From positions 48,672,001 through 48,736,000 of the forward strand of contig NC_087437.1 of NCBI RefSeq assembly GCF_036321535.1: a stretch of DNA of 64,000 nt. Direction: 5' to 3'. Shown piece after piece: positions 12,690 to 23,800 of the stretch. The notes beneath the pieces are model-generated. The model did no database searches and was not told the origin of the DNA. It saw nothing but the letters and a program-made list of their open reading frames with translations. Made by a program: the position numbers and the translations under genes. This DNA is from Camelus dromedarius. Taxonomy: Eukaryota. Numbering within the stretch: position 1 is the first letter of the stretch; each line of letters starts with the position of its first letter.

Positions 12690-13240
12690 ATGAGGCCAGT
12701 TTGGCATTATCTATTAAGAGACTTCAAGATGTGACTTTTGATTTATCAATTCCACTTCTAGGAATATGAACTAAAAACAATTAAAGGCTAATATTGCATT
12801 TTTAAGTATTCATTGCCACAGTGTTTGTTACGGTGAAAAAACAAAAATAACCTTAATGTTCTTCAATAGAGAGATGGTTCAAAAGAGTATGATACAGTGC
12901 ACTGTTGTACAGTCAGTACAATCACATTTTTAAAGATTATATTATGACACAGGACATATATATGCAACAAAATGTTAAACAAAAAGTCAGGACACAATTA
13001 CAAATACAGTTTTGTAAAATGTACACATAAAAAGATTAGAAAGAAATACAGATATTCCAGGCTATCAAAATTCAGTTCCTGAACTCAGATAATAAGCTTT
13101 CAGACAGTTAGAAATGTCTGTATGTTAAAGTAGTAACTGTCTCTGAGTGAGAGATGACAGATTATTTTCTTCATCTGCTTTTGTAGATTATGCACATTTG
13201 CTAAATTAAAATGTTTTCTTTTTAGTTAAAAAGTTATTAA
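12690..13240 (+). mobile_element. Old L1ME 3' region
   Basis: ttttgatttatcaattccacttctaggaat...aaccttaatgttcttcaatagagagatggtt...aaagattagaaagaaataca. Confidence 0.7.
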
Positions 13241-13439
13241 GATACAGATATTGCTATTTTTACAGTAAGAAGAGATTAAAATAGTTTCTCTTTTAGTCTC
13301 AGATTTTAGGGGAAAAGAGAATATTTATCTGCCTCCCTGTGGCTCTCCATCATTTCAAATCTAACGTAAGGCACTTTTTCTTCTTTGCTGTCAAGTGGTT
13401 AAAGAAATAACCTAAACCAAGTACAACTAAGTAAAGTAA

Positions 13440-14370
13440 CCTACCAGCGCCCCAATCATGTGAGTCAAAAGTTCTCTCTCTTCCCAGTCCACACAAGTCA
13501 TCCATCACTAAGAACTGTGTATGTTCTCTTTTTAGTATTCTCCCAACTGTCTAATTTTCATCACCACCACTATTAAGTTTACTTCCCCACCATCCTTCTC
13601 CTAGATTATTTCAGTCTTTTTGTCTGTGTACTTTCAGCCTTGACCCTCCCCTTCAGTACATAGAGCAAGCAGAGGGATCACCCTGACAAAGTAAAATCCT
13701 TCAGATGTTTCCCATACCCACTATTGAGTACATAAAGTCTCAACTCTTTACATAGTTGATGAGAGCCTCATCTTTTGGTGTCTACTTAAATACCCAGCCA
13801 TATAGCTTCAAGCCTGGTCATACTCTATGCCCCAGCACATAGAAACACTTGCATCAGAATCCGTAGAACATGTCATGTTACCACACACCTCTCGGTCTTT
13901 GTACATTCAAGACTCTATGCCTAGAATGTTTTTTGATTTCTCACTTTTCCATTGTGCCTAACAATAGCTGACATCTGGTTACCCTGCAGGTCTTAGCTGA
14001 GATAGCTCTTTCTGCAGGAGGCTTTCCTTGATGTCTGGGTCTGTATAATATGCCCTTCCACTTGCTTGCATGGCGTCCTGTTATAAGCACTCTCTATTTT
14101 ACGGTATCGGAAAGTATGTCAGGATAACATGTGGTATGGAATATAGTGTAATGTATTTTATAGTAACTATTTTTTCTTGATATGTTTGTTTTCTTGTTTA
14201 TATTTGCTTATTTGTTATTTGGTTCTCCCTGACTAGACTGTAAGCTCCTTGAGGAGAAGTGCTCTTCTTATTTACTTCTATAGTCTCAATGCCTAGCACA
14301 GTGCCTGATATATAGTAGGAGCTTGATCACTTACATCATTAAATGTTTAAATGGATAAATGAATGAAAGC
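13440..14370 (+). mobile_element. L2 LINE 3' region
   Basis: Ends gactagactgtaagctccttgagg...gcctagcacagtgcctgatatatagtaggagct...aaatgaatgaa. Confidence 0.85.
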
Positions 14371-15835
14371 ATCTGAAAGCCAGATAAAAATGGCTATTGG
14401 GTTACCCAGTAGACGTTACCTAGGTAAAAAGTAGAGCAGCCACCATTCCACTATCAGCATGTATGGATGAGCACACTATTTTATATAAAACATAGTGAAT
14501 AACATGGAAAGCAGAGGCTTACTTAAGAAATGAAATAAATGAATGTTACCCGATTTTAAAAAGTCTAGCTGTCTTTAAAAACATCACTTATTGTTTCTAA
14601 TTAAACTGAATACCTTTAGTTTATCTGTACCAGAATTTGAAGTCATCATGTTTTATCCTCTGTGATTTCTTTAAATTGGTTCACTGTCTTAGAGTGTAGA
14701 GAAGATGTAGTACTCCACTGCAGCAACCCCCTAAAGACCATTCCACACAAGTCACCCTTGGTATGTATTGTGGGAAAGGGGATGTCTGGGCCAAGTAACT
14801 TTGGGAAATGCTGCTTATTATGTCCTGCTCCTAGGAAGGTACAACAGCATGGCACATACTAAAGGCTGAGAAAAATTTGTTAGCTTAACTTTTTTGAAGC
14901 CTGAATTATCAAACCTGTTTGAGCTTGTAACCCAACTAAAACATTTTAGAAAATGCTAATATATGAATACATAATTGGATTCAAGGTCAAGAGACCAAGG
15001 TCCAGTCCTATCTGTACCACTCCCGACAACTCACTTCTCTTCCAGAACCTCATTTTCCCAGTCTTTAAAATGAGGAAGTTCTACATGGTGTCAAAGATTC
15101 ATTTCAGATCTAAATTCTATTTTAATCACATCAAATAATGTGTTGTTCTACTTTGCATGAGAGATACTTAAGAAAATACGTATGTCAAGGATTATTTAAT
15201 GTAATCATAGAAAACTGAATTACATTACACTTACATTCTGCTTTTTAACTTTACGTCATCATCTAGACCTCTGGATGGACATTCAGATAACTGAAACCTA
15301 TTTGATCCTCACTCATGAAAATAAAAAAATAGTTAATTTGGCCCTCTCTGCAATGGTCCTCTTAAATATATAGTGCTATTTTCTTCTTTTCCCCCCTGAT
15401 AAGTAACTGAAATAAAACTAATGGATATACAAGTACAAAGATATCATAAGGTTGGGACCTCTGAGTCTGACAAACAAAAAGCCGATTCTGTGTCTGCAGC
15501 ATGCTGTAGACACATCTGGCTTACTTTAGCTCACAATGGAGTAATGTGAATTGTGCTGAAAACCACTATTTGTGCAAATGCAAATAATATTCCATCTGCT
15601 CGGGATTTTTTTTCTTATATGGCTTTTGTTCCAGTGTGGTAAAAGCCTGTTTCTTTACCCCGAAGTGCTCCTGCTGATGAAGAGTGAAGTACATGACAAT
15701 GAACTAAAATCCATTATCAAACAAATACAGTGAGCTTTTCAGCAAGTCATCACAGGGAATGTTGCCTTTTTCTCTGGCATTAAGTTGAAAGCGATTTGTG
15801 CTTATGCAAATAAGACAACGTGGTGGGGTTTTGAA

Positions 15836-15841
<6 letters not shown>

Positions 15842-15868
<27 letters not shown>
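15842..15868. repeat. (TA)n microsatellite
   Basis: Directly visible, about 13 units. Confidence 0.95.
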
Positions 15869-18319
15869 TCCATAGCCTGTATTTGCTTTGTAACTTTTCC
15901 ATTTTTATATCTCTCTTGGTTGGGGAGGGCAGCAGAGAAGCATTTTGGCAGACTTCTTTAGATTTCCTTCTGGTTTGAGTAGTGATAAGTCCTCAACAGA
16001 AGAATTTGAGCTCTGCCTTACGCAGTCTTGAATAAGTTACTTGGGAATTGGGAGAACTGCTCTCCCAGCTTCTGAGAAGAGCCTAGGGCAAGTTGGAAGG
16101 AAACTTAACCTTTGTGCTGCTGAAACCATAAGTGAGTTTCAAGAGATCCAACTTCAGGATTCACTGGTGGTGACAATTAAAGGTAAATGGTCCAAGTTCA
16201 ATCTTAAATTAAACATTTCTGAGTGCTCATGCGTTCTTTTCAGTGCCAGGGATCTTAATCTGAGGACTCTGTGAAAGTTATATTCTTCCTAAATTTAATA
16301 GGCAATTTCTCTGTTTTCAGGAAGAACATCAACATGAGTGACAGTTATTCTACCGCTACCACTATACAAGACGTTGATAAGCCAACTCCAGAGAACAGTC
16401 GGATTCGTGAAAATGTACTCAGCCTTCTTTTCAGTCCACTTGGCCCTTAGCTTGCCATTTGTTTTGCTTCCTTGTCTCCTTCTTCTAAGATCTATGATTT
16501 CTATTTTGACAAAACAGAAAAAAAAGCAAAAGAACTTGATCCTTTCTTCCTAAGATCAGAGAAGTGGGGCAGAAGATTATAAGCTTGTAGGAGCATGAAA
16601 ACACACGTTTATTTTTACACAAAAACTGAGGGCTTATTTTATAGCATTTCTGGCTGTTTTATTTATGCCTGATGATTTTATTCAATATTAGTTGGATTTT
16701 AAATAATCCAACTAATAGTTTCATCTTGTGAAATTTGAAGAATATTCATTTTTGGAACAGAGCAATTTTGGAGGTTTGTCTTTTTAAAATTTTTATAGTT
16801 CATAGATTTCAGATTATGCATTTCTCTTTTATGTTTAAATTTTATAATGCTATTTTCAATTAACATTGATTTGTGAGTTTGAAATATAATGAAGTACAGA
16901 TAATGATGATAAGATACAGTGAAATAATAAATGTAAAAGCACTTGAATTATTGGAAAAAATTTGCCATAGACATCTAAGATATTAATGCTGTTAATGCAT
17001 ATAATTTGTAATTCCGGGGGAAAATGATTGCCAGAAAATGAACAGTATTTCCTTTCTAGAGTACACTGTAAACGTCAACAGATTGATTGTTTTCTTAGAG
17101 CTTGCTTACTAGGACATATATTAAGTTAATCTTTTATAGCCCAAGTAAAGCCTGAAATTAAGCACTTGAGTACACAATTGTGTTATATCGAGAGTTTTGC
17201 AGTTAAGCCACCTGCAAATATTACCATTATTCCCTAAAGAGCTCAATTTCACAGCTAAAAGTGTGATCTAAAATGAATTAGTAATTTAGAACCAAAACCT
17301 TCTAAACTATAGCAGTTATGTTGGTATAGTGTCTATAATTATACTTACAATCTTGTAGTGTATTTACAGCTACTGAGAATTCTAAAGAGATAAAATAGTA
17401 TTTGCCTGAATAAGGCCACTTTTAAGAAAGGTGATTTCCTTTCATGCTAAGGCAAGATAACTTTTCACTCCTCCTGACTTCAAAGGAAAATGCATTATTC
17501 CAAATATGTTTTAAACTTTTAACATAAAATCCTTACACATTAAACCTTTAATATATTAACGGTTGGTCAGGAAAATGTCTCATTCCACTCACAGTAATGT
17601 CTCAGTTTAATTAAACCCTGAAAAGTAAAGGATTTAAATTCAAATCCTGGCCAACATTAATTATAGAATTCTTAATATTGTAGCATGCCCTTTACTAAGT
17701 TCCTGGGATATGCCCTGTACTAAGTAAGAAAGGAAATGAGCTTCTGGGGACAAAGGACTGATTACTGTAAAATACTGTATGTATTGATATGTGATACATC
17801 ATCCTAAAGTCCTCTCCCAAGATTAAAAAAAAAAACCAAAAAAACAGAACTTTGAAGTCCTGGAAAGTCAAACTTTGAAAACCTGGAACTTTGTTCCAGT
17901 GTTCTTTTTCTGCATGTATAGGAAAGCAAAGACCCACTGTTTCTAACATTGAATCTCCAATATTTTTCAGCCTATTTAGTGGGGAGATCACTTATCTACA
18001 GTCCCTCCTTAATCCTAGTTACATGGACAGTTGGTATGAACCCTGCCAGGGAAGAAGTATTCCTGGGCCAGTTCATGGACAGTAGGAGCAAGACCCAGCA
18101 GTGACTGAGGACAAAATCCACAAGCATGTGCCGGGTCCTCTCCAGGCCTATTCTGAGATCCTTGCCAGTCTCCTCACTTCAATTAGAGATGACTTGTTTC
18201 CATACTAATCAATCAATCAACAGGTTTTTATCAAGCATTCATTTTCATATCAGGAGCTCCATGAACTGCACCCTCAGGCAGCATGCTGAAGGGCAAAAAG
18301 CACTAACTAGATTCAGCAT

Positions 18320-18510
18320 TCCCATCTGAGATCTGCCAGTTACAAGCTGGCTATGTGACCTCCTTGGTCAGACCCTTAGTTGCTATCTTGATATGGCTCC
18401 GTTTTCTTATCTCATCGTTGTAATTCCTGTCCCATTTGCCTCTTGGCATTGTTCTGAGAACTAAAAAAAATGAAGTTATGGAGAAAATGCTTTGGAAATT
18501 ATAAAATACA
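18320..18510 (+). mobile_element. MIR SINE
   Basis: ctgccagttacaagctggctatgtgacc...ttgttctgagaact...gaaaatgctttggaaatt. Confidence 0.65.
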
Positions 18511-20077
18511 AAGCAGACAGAAAGTGGTGTTATTGGACTTCATTCTGTATGATTAATAAATTTCTGTAACTTCTCAAAGGAAAGGTCTTAAATAATTTTA
18601 AAATTGCAAAAAAACCCATATTATAAAATGCATCTCAAATATCAAGTGAACACTGTCAACTCTAATTTTCGTAAATAGGCAAATAAACTTTAAGTTATTG
18701 TGGGACAAACAATAAATGCATTCTATTTTATTTTATTTTATTTTACTTTATTTACTTCTTATTTTATTTCAGCCAAAAGTTTAGGCAATGACACCAAGTT
18801 TCCAGAAGTCAAAAAGAAACAACTCGTAGTCAACTAATACTTTGTAATTTGGTCTTAAAAGAATTACAGAAATTCAGTAGGGTGTCACTAGTGTTCAGTG
18901 CAGGATTCTTTCTGACATTACTTAGGATGTTTATGTGTTTTTTTCAAACCCCATATTCTGAGAAAAAGTCATTTAATAAGTTGGGATAACAGGAAATGCT
19001 TATAACCATCCTTCATGAGCTAAGGATTATCAGTCAACACAGAAATGTGACAGATTTCCAGGAATCCACAGCCATCAGGTCAAAAGCAGGAAACACTGAG
19101 TGCCGGAATAACAATCTACCTATTCTGAAGCATGGGTCTGTGGCCCCCTCACCAAACTCAAAGCCAAAAACAAAAAGAATATTAAGTAATCTAAATGTAT
19201 ATTTTAACAGACAGGCAGTAAAACTGACACACTTCGCTCACAGGAGAGAAATTATGCCAGTAATCCAAACCAATCTAATCATTAATGAACATTTCTAACT
19301 TGTTTCAAGGCCAAAACTGACTTGAAGCAGCAAATTAAGAAGGGGGAGAAGGGCTGTAGGATATTTTCTACAAGCAGAACTTAGTATATTAACAAGAAGT
19401 GACAATGCAGAAGAAAAAGAAAAGATAAAACCACCATAAAAAGCAAAGCAAGAATTCAAAAAGGGCAGCTGTGCAGAGCTCAAGGATGTGCCAAATGGTC
19501 TTACATCAAAGGAGCCCTCTATAGCGATCTACAGAAGACTCTTGAAAATGTTTGCTTAGTACATAGATGATTGGAACTCATACTAGAAAAATTTAAATAT
19601 AATAAAAGGCTTGATCATTGAGGGTTTAGTGCTTAAGGAGCAGTACACTTTGGCTCAAAGGTACAACTCACTTGCCAAGAGTTCAGAGTACCCAGATGTA
19701 ACAACATTTTTACCTTATTTTAAAATCATCTGCATTTTCCTACAAATAAATGATAATGTTACTGAGTTTCTACTGATGTGGAAAGCACTCATGATAATAC
19801 TTCATGTGGTTTTGAAGTATTAGCTATATAGTATTTAGATACTATGATAATATATACTATGATAAATTCCTGGTTCTGTCCCTTAACTGGGAGAAGTGAT
19901 TTCCTTGACTTAACATTGCTATTCCTCCATTTCTACCTTAGCATCAGCTCCTCTAGGTTTGTACTTGTGACTGTCATTATACAGTCTGTAATCAATACTG
20001 TGGCCAGAATAAAAACAAGAGCCCCTACATTCATAGCAGTTTATCAACTAGGATATTCTATTGCTGAGGATTGATTT

Positions 20078-20117
20078 TCAGTTGTTTCAACATGTTACCT
20101 CATGATGGCTCTTCCTG

Positions 20118-20148
<31 letters not shown>

Positions 20149-21175
20149 TATATTTTTTTTTTAGCAGCTCACAGTTGATATTCAATTCCAATGCAAGGCA
20201 CTCATAGGCCAAGAGTACATAATGATAATCTATTGACATAGGAGAAGAAATAATGAGTTCATACTTATTTTTATCTTAAAAAAGTAATACAAGAAACCTT
20301 ATAGTACTTAATATACAATTGATACTGACACCCTAAATTGGTCACCCTATCATAAAAAGTTTGTCAGTTTGGCTGAGGGAAGTGTGTGGTTTTAGCAATG
20401 AAGAGGGTCAACAGGAAAGCCCTAATTCATCTACAAGCTTTCAGCATATTATGGCTTATTGCAGTTTATGCATGAGGCCAAAATATACAAATGGATATTA
20501 AGATTTAAAGAAGAGAGTCTTTTTGGGGGGTGGAGGGAGGAGAGGGAGGTAATTAGGTTTATTTATTTAATTTTTTTTCCTTAATGGAGGTATGGGATTG
20601 AACCTAAGACCTAATGCATGCTAAAAATGCACTCTATCACTTGAGCTATACTCTCCCCTCATTAAAGAAGAGAATCTTTACAATGCCTGACATTAGACAA
20701 AGAGAGAAGCCAGGTTTATTACAGATTTTGCTGGTAGCTTCTTCAAAAAGTACTTAAAAGAGTGGCTGAACTTAAAGGAGAATTGTGACTTTTTTTTAAA
20801 AGACAGCTGTTCATAATTTGTTGACCTTTTCTGAGATGATAAGTGTTAGGCAATGGGATGTTATCCACTAGGTATTTTATAAAAATAAATAAATTTAATA
20901 ATGATGATGCTGCTAGTGGGAAAGGGTTTTCTATAACATAAATAAGTAAACAAAATAATTTTTAAATTAGTTATTCATCTTTATCTCCTCCTAGTTCTCT
21001 CCTCTTTTATGAATTTTTATAATGTTCACAGTATACAAGGTTACATATATTACATCTAATACACATTTTACTTATATATCACATAGATATTTACATTAAT
21101 GTATCTAGTAAATAAACATATTGAAGCTGCACACTCAAACATTTTCTGCTAATAGAAATGGGTGATAAACGAACT
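20078..21175 (+). mobile_element. hAT/Charlie (Charlie7-like) DNA transposon fossil with a transposase remnant
   Basis: 20747-20785 translates KVLKRVAELKGEL, like the Buster/Charlie (RWLSRG)KVLxRxxELxxE motif. The 3' end gctgcacactcaaacattttctgctaatag resembles Charlie7. A SINE interrupts it. Confidence 0.65.
20521..20660 (-). mobile_element. tRNA-Ala-derived SINE (camelid vic-1-like)
   Basis: Reverse complement reads GGGGAGAGTATAGCTCAAGTGATAGAGTGCAT...GGTTCAATCCC...ACCTCCA plus AATAAATAAACCTAATTACCTCCC tail. TSD at 20505-20520 and 20662-20677. Confidence 0.9.
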
Positions 21176-21319
21176 CAAGCATAACAACAGCAACATTTTT
21201 GTACCTAGCAACATCTTAATGATAACAACCACATATTGCCACGTTCCTGGCCACATTCTAAAGCACTGTGGAATCATGATTTTATTTGCTTGTCACACTA
21301 GACCAGGAAGAGATAATAT

Positions 21320-21765
21320 GTATCAATCTGGATGCTTTCAGTTGCAAGTAACAGTGACTGGCCAGTAGTAGTGTGAGCTTCAGACAAAGCAAGGTAAGGG
21401 CTCTTGGCTCCATCTCCTGTTATTTTCTCAGCTTTCCCCTTCTCTTTGAGTCAGCTTTAGTCCTCAGGCTGGCTTGCCTCATAATCTCAAATGATTGCCA
21501 GTAGTAGACAGGGAAATGGAATTCCTTATTCATGTGTAAGAGAAATGTATGTGCGTCAGAGACAGACTGACAGACAGAAACCACTCCTGCCCATCTGCTA
21601 ACATGCAGGAAGCTTCTTGCCCAGAAGCCCTGAACAAGACTTTCTCAAGTTTTATTGGCCCAAATTGGCTTAGACAGGACCTTATCTAAACCATTCACTG
21701 TTAAGCTTGATAAGACCATTATTATTGGCCACTAAAGAGTTGAAGTGGAATGTCTATTGACGAGT
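21320..21765 (-). mobile_element. MaLR LTR (MLT1J/K-like) nested in an antisense MIR
   Basis: tgtatcaatctggatgctttcagttgcaagtaacag...ttattggcccaaattggctt. MIR halves lie at about 21220-21315 and 21770-21860. Confidence 0.7.
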
Positions 21766-21919
21766 TCACTGATACTATTCTCCCCATTTTACAGATCCTT
21801 CCCACTCTACTTACCCCAAATGGGGTAGGTAGCTTACCCAAGGTCACCTAGCAAATGACTCATTGACTTAACTGAAATGATCGTTCTTCTCCTCTTGATA
21901 ATTATCATTTACTGTAATT

Positions 21920-23290
21920 ATTATTATTTTATTTTTGCCAAAATAGTGTTAAAATGACTAAGATTTGTATTGCATAAAAGAGCATAATATTAGGGGAAAA
22001 CTACCTACAGATACACAGATCTTATAGATAACTGAGAAGTAAGACAGAAAGTGTCTTAAATCCATGAGACTTAATCAATACAAGAGGTTGGAAAAAGTGG
22101 CCTACTGTATTGAAAAAAATAAGAGTAGCACCCTACCTCTTCATAAATACAAAAATAAATTTCAGTTTGCAAAAAATCTAAAAAATGAAACTATAAAAGG
22201 AGAATTAATTTTAAGCAATAATTTTTCTACTCTCCATGAGTAAAATATTTGGAGATAATATTTATAAAAGTATTGAAATTTACAACATTATAAATAAAGG
22301 AAAGGATTTATTTTTTACTATAGGAAAGTAAGACTATATTCATTTTAAAACATCATAATATTAAAAGGCCAAAAATAAACGCAAAATACTAAATGGTTTT
22401 TATTTTCACATAAAAATAGTTTTTATAAGTCAATAAGAAAAAGATAAACACACCAATAGGTAAATGATAAAAAGATGAGAAAACATGATTTACCAAAGAA
22501 GATAACTCAAATTCCAATAAACAGAAAAAAATTTTTCAAACAGACTAGCAATTTAAAAAGTCCTAGTAAAAACAAATATACCTTTCATTTAAAATAAATT
22601 TAATCAAAACAAATGAAATATCTTGTGTTTTGTTGATAATGTTCAGTGCTGATTAGGTTTACAGGAAACTGGTACTCATACTTCTGATAGAAATTGTATT
22701 TTTCATTTATTAAATTCACAAAAGTTTTGAAAAATAACATGCTCAACTTATGCAGAGGGAATTTGAGAAGGATATTCTTGCATTTTATTGTGGGAGTATA
22801 AAGTGCTATAACTCTATTGGATTTTGGCATTAAATTCTAAATACCTCAAAAATGTCTATATTCATTGACACCTAAGAAGACACCATGAAATGCAGACAAA
22901 AGTTTGTTAAATAAATTTATATAATAGCTCTAAATTAGAAACAACCTAAGTATCCACAAATAGTAAATGGTTTGATAAATTATTGTCAGATCATTCAATC
23001 AATTATTTTGCAATCATTAAAAATTATGCTTGTAAAAAATATTTGTCATGAGGAAAGAGTAATACATTATTAAATGAAATGTTTATCAAATCTTAGCAAA
23101 TACACTATGATCTCAGTTTTGTAAAAAAATGGATATATGTTTAGAAATAAGCTGACAACATATTCAAATGTCTTTGGAATATGGAGAGAAACGAGATTTT
23201 CATTTTTCAACTTATATTGTTGTATAATTCTCAAATATTCTACAATGAGCAACTCAAGTATTTTCTTATTTAAGAATGTATTGAAATCCT
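21920..23290 (+). mobile_element. Old L1ME ORF2 and 3' region
   Basis: A-rich; acaggaaactggtactcatacttctgatagaaattgta; tagaaacaacctaagtatccacaaatagtaaatggtt; ttctacaatgagca. Confidence 0.75.
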
Positions 23291-23569
23291 TTGTATTTTC
23301 AAAGTCCGTGTCCTTTTTTAAGAAACAAGCCCTTCTCTGCTTCATTCATGGATGTACATACTGAGGAATTATATATGGAGATCATAACACTACACTACAA
23401 AAACATATGTTACAGCTAAAGTACCACGACAACAATAAAATTTTTACATACCTACAATTGACTGAAGGGAAATCATACCTATAATACCACCAAAACTGTG
23501 TAAGAGCTGAAGCTCGTTCTAAAAAGTCTTACATACCTGCAGCTGGTTAAATGTACTAAAGAAAGCCTA

Positions 23570-23800
23570 ATGTTTATTGAGCACCTACATACCCATAAGT
23601 TAATCATTTTCATACATGATCTTATTCTATCCTCCCAATAAACTGTGAATTAGGTATTATTCCATTTTTATAAATGAAGAAATTAACGATTCCTTGAGGT
23701 TATGTGCCTACCTAGCTAGCTAATGATACAGCCAAGTTTCAAATCTAAGTCTGTGAGACTCAACGGTTCCTAACTTTTCACAACTCCATTCATGCTGCCT
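23570..23800 (-). mobile_element. MIR SINE
   Basis: tgtttattgagcacctac...ccatttttataaatgaagaaatt. Confidence 0.8.
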
